A DNA stretch of 32,000 nucleotides from an uncultured bacterium (GTDB lineage: Bacteria > Auribacterota > JACPWU01). The position numbers and the translations under genes were made by a program. This document shows positions 9,375-19,600 of the stretch, in pieces (positions within the stretch are counted from its first letter, which is position 1; each line of letters starts with the position of its first letter). The stretch spans positions 1 through 32,000 of the forward strand of contig CAZXEQ010000005.1 in the NCBI GenBank assembly GCA_964640155.1, given 5' to 3'. The notes below the pieces were generated by a model, which saw nothing but the letters and a program-made list of their open reading frames with translations, searched no databases and was not told the origin of the DNA.

Positions 9375-10835
9375 ATGAACATTTCAATCTTAAGTTATAT
9401 ATTGCTTTGCCCTATTATCGGAGTGCTTTTGATTCTTTTTACTCCTCGCTCAGCCGAGCTGGCCATCAAAGTTATTTCTTTGGTGGTTTCTGGAATCTCT
9501 GTTGTTCTCTCATTTATCGCTTATGCCAAATTTGACCCTTCCAATGTTCATTTACAATTAGAAGAAAAAGTAGAATGGCTGAGCCGATACGGCATCAATT
9601 ATTGGAATGGAGTAGATGGGCTCAATATGGCCATGATTATTTTGACAGCCATTGTTATTTTTACAGGCGTCATCGTTTCCTGGAAACTCACTTATCGCGT
9701 AAAAGAGTTCTTTGCGCTTCTTTTATTCTTAGTTGCAGGAGTTTTTGGTGTTTTCATGACCATGAACCTTTTCTTCTTCTTTCTTTTCTATGAGGTAGCT
9801 GTGCTTCCCATGTATCTTCTGATTGCCATTTGGGGAAGTACCAATAAAGAGTATGCCGCTTTAAAACTGACCCTTTATTTACTTCTTGGAAGCGCTTTAA
9901 TGTTTACTGTTTTCTTAGCCATTTATTCTCTGGCAGGAGCTCATACTTTTGATCTAATCACAATTAAAGAAACCGTTCAATTTGATCCTCTTTTCGCAAA
10001 AATTGCTTATATTGCCCTTTTCATTGGTTGTGGTGTTCTGGCAGGTTGTTGGCCTTTTCACGTATGGAGTCCTGATGGACATGTAGCTGCACCTACCGCT
10101 GTCAGTATGCTTCATGCGGGTGTTTTGATGAAATTAGGTGCCTACGGTATTATTCGAGTCGCCTTCTTTCTTTTTCCTGAGGCCGCTCAAACGTGGGGAC
10201 CTTTCACTGCAACTCTTGCAACCTTTAATATTCTCTATGGCGCCCTCGTTGCCATTAAGCAAAAAGATTTAAAATACATGATCGGATATTCAAGCGTTTC
10301 TCATATGGGTATTGTACTTCTTGGGATTTCGACTCTCACCGTCTCTGGTATGAATGGGGCTCTTTTCCAGATGTTTTCTCATGGTATCATGACGGCTCTT
10401 CTCTTTGCCTGCGTCGGTCATATTTATGAACAATGCCACACTCGATACTTTGATGAATTGGGTGGACTTGCCTATAAAATCCCCATTGTATCTACTTTTT
10501 TCATTATTGCAGGTTTAGCCGGATTGGGACTCCCCGGCTTAAGTGGATTTCCTTCTGAACTTTTAGTTTTAATTGCTGCATTAAAAACATATCCCATTGC
10601 TGGAATTTGTACGGCTATTGGAGTTGTCGTCACCACTTTTTACATTGTGACAGGCATTTTAAAGGCTTTTTATGGGCCTTTTAATAAACATCATGATCAC
10701 ATTAAAGATATAGATTTATGGCAATATTTTGGTCGGGCTGTTTTAGTCGCTTTCTTAATTATTTTAGGGGTTTATCCAAAGCTTTTTTTAGACTTAGTAA
10801 ATCCCATCACTTCGTATTTATTAAAGGTATCTTAA
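9375..10835 (+). CDS. nuoM: NADH-quinone oxidoreductase subunit M (antiporter-like)
   Basis: 486 aa, with WPFHVWSPDGHVAAPTAVSMLHAGVLMKLGAYG. Confidence 0.9.
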   Translation: MNISILSYILLCPIIGVLLILFTPRSAELAIKVISLVVSGISVVLSFIAYAKFDPSNVHLQLEEKVEWLSRYGINYWNGVDGLNMAMIILTAIVIFTGVIVSWKLTYRVKEFFALLLFLVAGVFGVFMTMNLFFFFLFYEVAVLPMYLLIAIWGSTNKEYAALKLTLYLLLGSALMFTVFLAIYSLAGAHTFDLITIKETVQFDPLFAKIAYIALFIGCGVLAGCWPFHVWSPDGHVAAPTAVSMLHAGVLMKLGAYGIIRVAFFLFPEAAQTWGPFTATLATFNILYGALVAIKQKDLKYMIGYSSVSHMGIVLLGISTLTVSGMNGALFQMFSHGIMTALLFACVGHIYEQCHTRYFDELGGLAYKIPIVSTFFIIAGLAGLGLPGLSGFPSELLVLIAALKTYPIAGICTAIGVVVTTFYIVTGILKAFYGPFNKHHDHIKDIDLWQYFGRAVLVAFLIILGVYPKLFLDLVNPITSYLLKVS

Positions 10836-10836
10836 T

Positions 10837-12243
10837 ATGTGTCGATGGCTTATCGCTCCAGAAATGGCTATTAGTTTAATGGCAGGAGTTTCCTTCTTTT
10901 CCGTATTTTTCAATGAGGGGGCTGTCAAAAAATATATTTATCGCATCATACTTCTTTTAGGGGTTCTTGGAATTGTTGCCAGCGCATGTTCTCTCAATGC
11001 ACAAGGGGTTCTCTTTTTTAACACCTATGAAATTACTCCTTTTTCTCAAGCGTTCAAATTGATTTTGGTCATTTCTCTTTTTCTCATCCTTACGATTTCT
11101 GACAATTTGATTTCTATTAGAGAAGAATTAAAACCTGAATTTTTCCTCTTTCTTTCAACAGCCACTCTAGGAATGATGATGCTTACCAGTGCCACTGAAC
11201 TAATCACTCTGTTTATCTCCCTAGAACTCGCTTCTGTTTCTCAATATATTTTGGTTCCTTTAAGACGCGGTAAACTCTTAAATGCTGAAGCTGGCATTAA
11301 ATATCTTCTCTTTGGAGCAGCCGCAAGCGCTTTAACCCTTTATGGAATCAGCTTTATTTTTGGATCAGCCAAGACCCTTTTCTTTTCTGAAATTACAGCT
11401 CAACTTCCTGAATTGATGCATCAAAACGTCTTTATCATTGGTTTATTTCTTACCAGTGCAGGTTTCTTATTTAAATTAGCGGCTTTCCCATCTCATTTTT
11501 GGGCGCCTGATGTTTATGAAGGAGCTTCCACCCAAGTCACTGCATTCATTGCAACCACTTCTAAAGCAGCAGCTGTGGCCGCCTTGATTAAAATCCTTAT
11601 GATTGTTTCTACTGATCATGCAACTTTTACCTATGTTTTGGTCACGCTATCGATAGCTTCCATGACATTGGGAAATCTAGTTGCCATGATTCAAAAAGAT
11701 ATGAAGCGTATGCTGGCCTATTCAAGTATTGCGCAAGCAGGTTATATTCTTGCAGGTTTGCTTTCACAAAGCACAGCTGGCTATGTAGCTGTTATTTTTT
11801 ATACCATTGCTTATCTCGTGATGAATTTTGCAGCTTTTATGGTCACAACCCGTATTGCTTCAGCAGATGACAATCCTCAAATCAAAAGTTTTGCGGGGCT
11901 TTCAGATCGTTCTCCTCTTTTAGCATTAACACTCCTCATCAGTCTTCTTTCTTTAGCAGGAATTCCACCCTTGGCTGGTTTCACAGGGAAATGGTTTCTT
12001 TTCGGAGCGGCCATGGAAAAAGGACATTGGGTATTGGTTTTGGTGGGAGTGATTAACAGCGTTATTTCTCTTTATTATTATCTAATGGTCGCCAAAGAAG
12101 CTTACTTAGGAAAATCCGATGCCCCAGAGATTCATCCTTGCCTCAAAACACGTCTTTTAAGCTATGCCTCTATCATTATTTTGGTCGTAGTAGGTATCTT
12201 CCCCACTCCTCTTATTCAGTGGATTGAATCGATTCTAAAATAG
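10837..12243 (+). CDS. nuoN: NADH-quinone oxidoreductase subunit N (antiporter-like)
   Basis: 468 aa, with FKLAAFPSHFWAPDVYEGAST. Last gene of the cluster. The Met at 10864 is an alternative start. Confidence 0.9.
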   Translation: MCRWLIAPEMAISLMAGVSFFSVFFNEGAVKKYIYRIILLLGVLGIVASACSLNAQGVLFFNTYEITPFSQAFKLILVISLFLILTISDNLISIREELKPEFFLFLSTATLGMMMLTSATELITLFISLELASVSQYILVPLRRGKLLNAEAGIKYLLFGAAASALTLYGISFIFGSAKTLFFSEITAQLPELMHQNVFIIGLFLTSAGFLFKLAAFPSHFWAPDVYEGASTQVTAFIATTSKAAAVAALIKILMIVSTDHATFTYVLVTLSIASMTLGNLVAMIQKDMKRMLAYSSIAQAGYILAGLLSQSTAGYVAVIFYTIAYLVMNFAAFMVTTRIASADDNPQIKSFAGLSDRSPLLALTLLISLLSLAGIPPLAGFTGKWFLFGAAMEKGHWVLVLVGVINSVISLYYYLMVAKEAYLGKSDAPEIHPCLKTRLLSYASIIILVVVGIFPTPLIQWIESILK

Positions 12244-12290
12244 TAGAAGTTACTCGCTCTCCATTTCTTCTCTACTAAACAAACTCACGC

Positions 12291-12327
12291 TAAATAAAAA
12301 ATGGGGCAACCTATGCGACCGACCCAT
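12291..12327 (-). terminator. Candidate intrinsic terminator on the minus strand
   Basis: The minus-strand RNA AUGGGUCGGUCGCAUAGGUUGCCCCAU folds as GGG/CCC plus a C-G/G-U/G-U/U-G/C-G stem. It is followed by UUUUUUAUUU. The G-U pairs become A-C mismatches on the plus strand, so the hairpin is strand-specific. Confidence 0.45.
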
Positions 12328-12460
12328 TCTGAAGTGCATCTAACCTCTCTCTCTTAGGAGTTTCCTTCGGTCTGAGCTGGAGTTACATCTTCACTAGGTT
12401 TAAACTGAGGTTCCGGACAATTGTGAAATCTTTTCAAAAAAGAGACCTTTTTTATTCTTT

Positions 12461-14581
12461 CTAAGACAGAGATTCTCTAAGCTCTTTCAAATCAGTTATT
12501 GGAGCCTTACAGGAATAATTTTGACAGATATACACTGTAGCTTTGCCCTTCAACATCTCCTTTCCTTTAACAAAAGGAAGAGTTGTAGATATATCCTGAT
12601 AAGACTTCTGATCTGGCAAAGCATAGGCCAAAATCATATTAGGAATAAAATGAGAATAAATTTCATGGGTCATTTCCAAAAATTCTTTATCTTTTAAAGC
12701 CCCAGCAATCACAACTTCTTGCGTTGGTCCTAATGCAAAATCAATCGCGATTAACATTTGGGGGTATCCGCTTGGAAATTGAGAAACTAATTCTGAAAAT
12801 TTTTGAAAAAGGGATTGGGCTTGTCTTTCCATCTCTACATTCATTGTAAATTTAGATAGCTTCAAAAGAACAAGCGCTGCAATAGAATTACCTGAAGGCA
12901 AGGCCCCATCATAAATTTCTTGAGTTTGACTCATTAATTTCTCTGAGTCTTTACCCAAAAAGAAAAAACCTCCCTCAGTCTCATCCCTAAAAAAATGAAT
13001 CATATCTTTGGCTAACGCAACAGCTTCTTTCAAATAAGGGAAATGAAAAGTCGCTTGATATAGCTCAAGAAGTCCATCAATAAAAAAGGCATAATCATCC
13101 AAAAAGGCAGAAATCGCCGCTTCTCCATTCCGATAACGATGCAGGAGCCGTCCCTCTTTTGTTCTCATACGAGTTAAAATAAAATCAGCTGATTTTTGAG
13201 CACTTTTTATATATTTTTCCTCTTTGAGAACTCTTCCCCCAAAAGCCAAACTCGCAATCATGAGCCCATTCCAATCCGTCAAAATCTTATCATCCAGATG
13301 AGGACGTAATCTTTGAGCACGAGCTTTTAATAATTTTTTCTTACCTTCTTCAATAATTTTTACAATCTCTTCTGGTCTTTTCTGAAAATGTTTAGCCACT
13401 TCATCACTATTTTTTGAGATATAAAGAACATTTTTACCTAAAAATTCTCCATGGGGATCATGAGGGGCATTCCCATCGACCAAAACCCCAAAATATTCAT
13501 TAAAAACTTTACCGTCATCAGGGCCTAAAAGTTCAAGAACTTCCTTCACAGTCCAAAGATAAAAAGCCCCTTCTGTTTTTTCTTCTGGCTCACTTGGATT
13601 TGAAGCACTATCCGCATCTTCCGCAGAATAAAATCCACCTTCAGCATGAGTCATATCTCGCAAAACATAATCAAAAATTTCTCTAGCCACACATGCAAAC
13701 ATTTCATTTTTTGTGACCTGATAAGCTTCTAAATAACTTTTAGAAAGAATGGCTTGATCGTATAGCATTTTTTCAAAATGAGAAATGCGCCAAATGTCAT
13801 CCACCGAATAACGATGAAACCCTCCTCCCAGTTGATCGTGCATCCCCCCTTGAGCCATTTTTAAAAGTGTCTTTTCTACCATCTCTAAAGCTTGTGCATT
13901 TTTAGATCTTCTCCACCATCTCAAGAGAAAAGACAAAACATGACTTCTTGGGAATTTAGGAGCACTTCCAAAACCTCCATTTTCAGGATCAAATTGACCT
14001 AAAAATTGTTCAAAGCCTTCTTTCAAAATATCTTCTCGAATAATAAAGGTGGATGAAGAAACTTTTTTTGGCTTAATTTGGATTGCTTGAGCAACTGCTT
14101 CAGCAGACCGAATCAATTTATCTCGATCACTCTGCCACTGACGGGCGATAGCTTCCAAAACAGAACCAAAACCAGGTCGACCCCAACGATCATCAGGAGG
14201 AAAATAAGTTCCTCCGTAAAAAGGTTTCAAATCATGCGTCAGAAACGCACTCAAAGGCCATCCCCCTTGTCCTGTCATGGCCTGAACAGCATTCATATAA
14301 ATATGATCAATATCTGGTCTTTCTTCTCGATCTACCTTAATCGACACAAAATATTGATTCAAAATTTTTGCAAGCTCGGCATTTTCAAAAGATTCTTTTT
14401 CCATGACATGACACCAATGACACGTTGAATAACCGATGGAAAGGAAAATAGGTTTATCTTCTTTTCTAGCCTTTCCAAAAGCCTTCTCACCCCATGCCAT
14501 CCAATCGACAGGATTGTGGGCATGTTGTTGAAGATAAGGACTTTTTTCATCAATCAATTGATTGGTATAATTGTGTTTCAT
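12461..14581 (-). CDS. Thioredoxin-domain protein (DUF255 / YyaL / SSP411-like, with a glycoside-hydrolase-like alpha-toroid C-terminal part)
   Basis: 706 aa. N-terminal [41 protein letters not shown] matches the DUF255 thioredoxin fold. Confidence 0.85.
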   Translation of the reverse strand: MKHNYTNQLIDEKSPYLQQHAHNPVDWMAWGEKAFGKARKEDKPIFLSIGYSTCHWCHVMEKESFENAELAKILNQYFVSIKVDREERPDIDHIYMNAVQAMTGQGGWPLSAFLTHDLKPFYGGTYFPPDDRWGRPGFGSVLEAIARQWQSDRDKLIRSAEAVAQAIQIKPKKVSSSTFIIREDILKEGFEQFLGQFDPENGGFGSAPKFPRSHVLSFLLRWWRRSKNAQALEMVEKTLLKMAQGGMHDQLGGGFHRYSVDDIWRISHFEKMLYDQAILSKSYLEAYQVTKNEMFACVAREIFDYVLRDMTHAEGGFYSAEDADSASNPSEPEEKTEGAFYLWTVKEVLELLGPDDGKVFNEYFGVLVDGNAPHDPHGEFLGKNVLYISKNSDEVAKHFQKRPEEIVKIIEEGKKKLLKARAQRLRPHLDDKILTDWNGLMIASLAFGGRVLKEEKYIKSAQKSADFILTRMRTKEGRLLHRYRNGEAAISAFLDDYAFFIDGLLELYQATFHFPYLKEAVALAKDMIHFFRDETEGGFFFLGKDSEKLMSQTQEIYDGALPSGNSIAALVLLKLSKFTMNVEMERQAQSLFQKFSELVSQFPSGYPQMLIAIDFALGPTQEVVIAGALKDKEFLEMTHEIYSHFIPNMILAYALPDQKSYQDISTTLPFVKGKEMLKGKATVYICQNYSCKAPITDLKELRESLS

Positions 14582-14640
14582 TTTAAAATTTCTCTATGTT
14601 TTATAATGATCATGTCATCAAAATCTACTTTTTCATAGAT

Positions 14641-14821
14641 GAGGGTGGCACAAATCCTGGGCCCCTTTCCCGCAAGGTCCTATGCGGACGAAGGCAAAGG
14701 ACTCCCGATTTTATACCCCTTTAAACCTTTTCTTACAAACACATCAGGAGAATGCTCAAGTCACGGGCGCTGGAACCGCAGGACCTGAGGACAAAGGGGT
14801 AAGATTTGTGACAGGACCCTC
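14641..14821. ncRNA. Candidate structured RNA A: 181-nt rod-like element
   Basis: About 34 Watson-Crick pairs join 14641-14687 to 14776-14821: 6 bp, 8 bp, 7 bp, 2 bp, then 11 bp (7+4 around a 2-nt bulge). A C/U-rich, poorly paired apical segment of about 56 nt lies at 14708-14763. GC is 53% by hand count. The strand is not resolvable because there are no G-U pairs. Confidence 0.45.
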
Positions 14822-14859
14822 TACTTTTGAATAAGAACACCCTTTGATCAATAGCATCC

Positions 14860-16311
14860 TTAATGATGATGCAAAACTTTATAAATTTTATCAGCAAGTT
14901 TTCTGGAAATGCCTGTTGCCTTTTGCAACTCATCCATAGATGCTTTCTTCATCTCTCCGATAGAACCAAAATGCTTTAGCAATTCTGCTCTTTTTACAAG
15001 ACCAACTCCAGATATATCATCTAAAATAGATTCTTTTAATTTCTTTTCTCTAAGAATTTTGTGATAGGTTACAGCAAAACGATGTGCTTCGTCCCGAATT
15101 CTTTGAATCAAATGCAGAGCGCCAGAATCTTTAGCCAATCGAAGAGGTTCATTAGAAAAAGGTCGATAAATTTCCTCATAACGTTTAGCCAAGCCAATCA
15201 CAGGAAGCGCTGTTAAACCCATTTCTTGCAAAACACTAAAAGCTGAAGAAAGTTGCCCCTTGCCCCCATCAATCAAAATCAAATCAGGGAAAACACCTCC
15301 CTCTTCTTTTAAGCCTCGATAACGCCTCCCCACCACCTCCTTCATCATGGCAAAATCATCAATGCCCAAAACACTTTTGATACGAAAACGTCTATAAAAC
15401 CGCTTATCGGGGGCACCTTGAAAAAAATGTACCATGGAACCTACAGCCTCTTTTCCAGAAAAATTAGAAATATCAAAAGCTTCCATTCGAATAGGCGGAT
15501 TTTCTAGGCCCAGAACCTCTGCCAGAGACTGCATCTCTTGCACAGCATGAGACGAGATCCTTTTAAAATTACGTAAAGTATTCATCCGAGTTCCTGCAAT
15601 ATTTTCAATCGCCCTCATCCGGTCTCTGAGTTGAGCTGCCTTTTCAAAATCTAAATTCTTAGAGGCTTCTTCTATTTGCTTTTTCATCTTAAAAACAAGC
15701 TCTTGAGATCGACCTAATAAAACTTGGCAAGCATGGTCAACAGATTGTCGATAATCCTCTTTTGAGATATTTCCCACACAAGGAGCTGAACACCATTTCA
15801 TCATTTGATAAAGACAATGGTCATAATCAGGTTTTCTAGGATCGACTAAATTACATGTTCTAATCTTAAAAATTTTTTGAAGTTGTTCCACTGTTTTTCG
15901 AAGTGCTTGTGAGTTGGTATAGGGCCCCAGGTATAATGCCCCATCGGGTTTTTTCGTTCGGGTGATCATAAACCGAGGAAAAGATTCGTTGAATGTCACT
16001 TTAAGTAAAGGATAAGTTTTATCATCTCTATAAGAGACATTGTACTTTGGTTTAAATTCCTTGATATATTGACATTCTAAAATCAAAGCTTCTTGAGGAG
16101 ATTTGAGTACAATAAAATCAATGTCTCGAACGGCCTCAATCATAGCTTCTGATTTTGGAGAGCCTTTTAAATCTCGAAAATGAGATAATAGCCTTGAGCG
16201 CAATCGAACCGCTTTACCTACATAAATAACCTCCCCTAACTCATTACGCATGAGGTAAATCCCACATTTTTGAGGAATTTTATGTATTTTTTCTTTCAGT
16301 TCCAATCGCAT
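14860..16311 (-). CDS. uvrC: Excinuclease ABC subunit C (compact form)
   Basis: GIY-YIG N-terminus (GIYLMRN..GEVIYVGKA), UVR motif (FEKAAQLRDRMRAIENI), endonuclease domain (LILIDGGKGQL) and C-terminal (HhH)2. It is only 483 aa. Confidence 0.9.
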   Translation of the reverse strand: MRLELKEKIHKIPQKCGIYLMRNELGEVIYVGKAVRLRSRLLSHFRDLKGSPKSEAMIEAVRDIDFIVLKSPQEALILECQYIKEFKPKYNVSYRDDKTYPLLKVTFNESFPRFMITRTKKPDGALYLGPYTNSQALRKTVEQLQKIFKIRTCNLVDPRKPDYDHCLYQMMKWCSAPCVGNISKEDYRQSVDHACQVLLGRSQELVFKMKKQIEEASKNLDFEKAAQLRDRMRAIENIAGTRMNTLRNFKRISSHAVQEMQSLAEVLGLENPPIRMEAFDISNFSGKEAVGSMVHFFQGAPDKRFYRRFRIKSVLGIDDFAMMKEVVGRRYRGLKEEGGVFPDLILIDGGKGQLSSAFSVLQEMGLTALPVIGLAKRYEEIYRPFSNEPLRLAKDSGALHLIQRIRDEAHRFAVTYHKILREKKLKESILDDISGVGLVKRAELLKHFGSIGEMKKASMDELQKATGISRKLADKIYKVLHHH

Positions 16312-16321
16312 GTATAAACCC

Positions 16322-16350
16322 TTGACATCTTTAAAGGTAAATTCTATATT
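16322..16350 (+). promoter_or_regulatory. Sigma70-type promoter for rpsT (TTGACA-17 nt-TATATT)
   Basis: Perfect -35 TTGACA at 16322-16327, an exact 17-nt spacer, and TATATT at 16345-16350. AAAGGA SD at 16385-16390 precedes the ATG at 16396. Confidence 0.65.
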
Positions 16351-16395
16351 TATCGCCTAATTTGCTTATTATATCAAGATTTTGAAAGGAATTTT

Positions 16396-16665
16396 ATGGC
16401 ACATAGTATTTCAGCACTTAAGAGAGCTCGACAAGCGTTAAAAAGACGAGCCAAAAATAAAACCAATAAGTCTAATCTTAAAGGCCAAACGAAGATCTTC
16501 TTAAACATTTTATCCTCCAAAAAGAAGGATGAAGCGGTTGCGGCTTTTAAAGAACTCTCAAGTCAATATGACAAAGCTGCTAAAAAGGGCATTGTCCATC
16601 GCCGTAACGCAGATCGTCATAAGTCTCGCTTAGCTCAGAGACTCGCGAAAGCTTTTGCTGCCTAA
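16396..16665 (+). CDS. rpsT: 30S ribosomal protein S20
   Basis: 89-aa highly basic protein beginning AHSISALKRARQALKRR. Size and composition are typical of bS20. Confidence 0.92.
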   Translation: MAHSISALKRARQALKRRAKNKTNKSNLKGQTKIFLNILSSKKKDEAVAAFKELSSQYDKAAKKGIVHRRNADRHKSRLAQRLAKAFAA

Positions 16666-19600
16666 AAAGACTCTTTTCATCCTTGTAGGTGGTTATTTCT
16701 TCTCCGGAGCTTGTGCCCTTGTTAGTGAGATTGTTTGGGCACGGCAAATCCAAATTTTTCTGGGATCTAGTACTCTTTCAGTTTCTGCCATACTCATCAC
16801 ATTTATGAGTGGCATTACTTTAGGGAGTTATTCTTTAGGACGCTCTCTAAAATCTTCCAAACACCCTCTTCTTCTCTATTGTTTTCTTGAAGCAGGCATT
16901 GGCCTTTTAACTCTTTTTCTCTTATGGTTTTACCCCTTTCTTCTTTCATCCCTTCATTTAAGTACCATTTGGCGTTATTTTCTAACGATCATTCTCTTTA
17001 GCATCCCTACTTTTCTCATGGGAGGAACTTTCCCTATTTTGAATGAAGTCTGCAAAAAACTTTCTGCAACTGAAAAAAACTGGCCCGCTATTCTTTATGG
17101 ATACAATGTTTTAGGAGGAACCCTCGGCGCTTTGATGGGTGGATTCTTTTTGATCTATCATCTTGGACTAAAACATACGCTTATACTAACCAGCTCTATT
17201 AATTTATCTATTGCATGTGTTTCAGCACTTATTTATAAAAAAGCATCAAACGCCTCCCCTCATATTGAAACTTTTTATAAGAGTAATCCTTCTCAAAAAC
17301 TTCAGCCTAATGTAGGGATGTTTTGTCTTTTCATCGTTGGCTTTATTTCCATGATGTATGAAGTTTTAACAACACGTCTTTTGGCCATTGTTCTGGGGAG
17401 TTCAACCTATGCCTTCACTCTCATTCTGACCACATTCCTACTGGGACTTGCTCTTGGAAATTTTTTACTCTCAAAGATAAGCCAGAGAACCTCTTATCCT
17501 TTGCTCTGGCTTATGGGATTACAAGTTATTCTTGGATTTTTTATTCTGACCAGTCTGTGTCTTCAAGATCAATTGCCCCTTTTCTTTTATAAACTTTTTC
17601 CAATATTTGAAAATTCATTCTGGAGCATTCAAGGGCTTCAATTCCTGATCTGTACTTTAATTCTTTTAGTGCCTACCAACCTTATTGGAGCTTCATTCCC
17701 ATTTTTAATTCGAATAGGGCAAAGCACCGTTACAGACAAATATAATTCTTTAGGGACACTGTATGCTATCAATTCCCTAGGAAATACGTTTGGAGCTCTT
17801 CTCACATCTCTTATTTTACTACCCTTCTATGGCCTAGAAAAAACTTTCAAAGTAAATGCTTTTATTTCTATTGCATTAGCAGCTCTTCTCTCTTTTTATT
17901 TGCCCTATAAAAAATCAACGCGCATTATGTTGATGTCTGGGATTTTAACAATAAGTCTTTTGCTTTTTAAAATTCCTCATCTGGATCTTAAACTTTTGAC
18001 TTCGGGGATTTCACTCTCTTCAAAAAATTATCATACCTTGGGGCTCTCACCCGATCGCTTCATTAAAGAAATAGCGCCTGTCAAAATTCTTTTTTCAAAA
18101 GATGGTTGGACCAGTCATGTAACCGTAAGAAAACATAAAAAAGTTCAAAGTCTTCTGATTAATGGAAAGGTTGAAGGCTCCAATGGACAAGATCTTCAAA
18201 CAGAACTTTTGGTTGCCCATTTACCTTTGCTATTACATTCTCAAACCGAGAATGTTTTTGTCATTGGCCTGGGGACAGGGATTACTTTAAGAGCCATTGA
18301 AACATATCCTGTAAAAACGATCACTTGCGTTGAAATTGAAAAAAGAGTTCTGGAGGCCAGTCAGCTTTTCAAAAAACATCATCACAATGCTCTCTCAGAT
18401 CCCAGACTTAAACTTATGGTAGAAGATGCTCGCCATGTTCTTTCCTCTTCTTCAGAAAAATATGACTGTATTATTTCTGAACCTTCTAATCCCTGGATGG
18501 CTGGGATTGGCTCTCTCTACACCATTGAAATGTTTCAAGAAATTAAAAATCATCTTAATGAGAAAGGCGTCGTTTGCCAATGGGTTCATTACTACAACAT
18601 GTCTCCAAACGATTTAAAAACCATTGTGAGAACTTTTCAAACTGTTTTTCCAAATAGTTCTCTATGGGGACAAGCCCATTTAAGTGATCTTTTTTTAATT
18701 GGGTTTAAAGATCCTGATCAAAAATTTCAAATTCCAAATTTGAACCTTAGCAATCCTAAGACTCGTAAAGATCTTCATTCCATTGGTCTTTCCAATACTA
18801 AAATTCTTCAAGCTTTACAATATTTAGACAAAGAAGAACTGGCAGCTTTTGCAGGGCAAGGAAAACTTCACACAGATGATCTTCCGATTCTAGAATTTTC
18901 TGCACCTCAAGCTCTTTACCAAGACACCCTTTCATTAAATTTAAAAGAAATCTTAAAATTCAGAAAAAATCGAATTTTAAAACATGAAAAAGCCATGACT
19001 TTTTATCTCCAAGCTATGGAAAACTTTTATAATAAAAATGAACAAAAATATTTTGAAAATCTTTCAATGGCATTTCAAAAATCTCCTAAATGGCAAAGTC
19101 TTTATCAACTCTATGAAAATGCTGTTTATAAAGAAACTCAGCGCTTGTTTGAGGATAAAAAAGAAAGAGAAGCCCTTGATTTACTTGAAAAAGCGCTCCC
19201 CTTTATTTCAAAATCATCTCGCATTCAATACACCTTAGGATTTCTCTATCAACAAAAGGAAGCGTGGGAAAAAGCAAAAGCCTGCTATCAAAAAACTGTA
19301 AAAATAAATCCACGGTTTGCTCAAGCTTATAATAATCTTGGAGCGGTTTATCTTCAATTTGAAGAAAATGATTTAGCCTATCAATCTTTTAAAAAAGCCC
19401 TTGAATTAGATCCCTTCTATATTGAAGCCCATCTTAATTTGGGCTATTGCCTCCTTCAGCAAAAAGCTTTGGAAGCAGCTGAATTAGAATTTAAACTCTG
19501 CATCGGTTTGAACAGTCAACTTGCCTCTGCTTATAACGGACTCGGTGTCGTTTTAGCCATGCAGAAAAAATTTGATCAAGCGACAGAACAATTCAAAGAA

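Noticed and set aside
12301-12357. 18-codon ORF (MGQPMRPTHSEVHLTSLS) in the nuoN / thioredoxin-gene gap.
   Set aside because: It has no SD. It overlaps the sequence that forms a strand-specific terminator hairpin on the opposite strand. It is too short to support without conservation data.
12400-12425. SRP-like GUCCGGAA on the minus strand at about 12411-12420, and CAGACCGAAGGAAAC at about 12362-12376.
   Set aside because: Neither site has the AGG…GNRA…AGCA helix-8 arrangement or a complementary partner strand that would build helix 5.
14735-14750. Hammerhead-like CUGAUG on the minus strand of element A.
   Set aside because: The core reads CUGAUGU, not CUGANGA. No GAAA or three-stem arrangement accompanies it.
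14641-14821. SRP (4.5S) RNA. The minus strand contains CAGGUCC, identical to the 5' side of the E. coli SRP helix 8.
   Set aside because: The expected GGAA (GNRA) tetraloop and the following AGCA symmetric-loop motif are absent (the sequence continues UGCGGUUCCAGCGCC). The CAGGUCC segment is instead engaged in the long-range helix with 14675-14687.
14733-14933. 66-aa minus-strand ORF spanning the uvrC 3' end and part of element A.
   Set aside because: It overlaps the uvrC coding end out of frame. The rest lies in the base-paired GC-rich element. It has no SD and an implausible composition.
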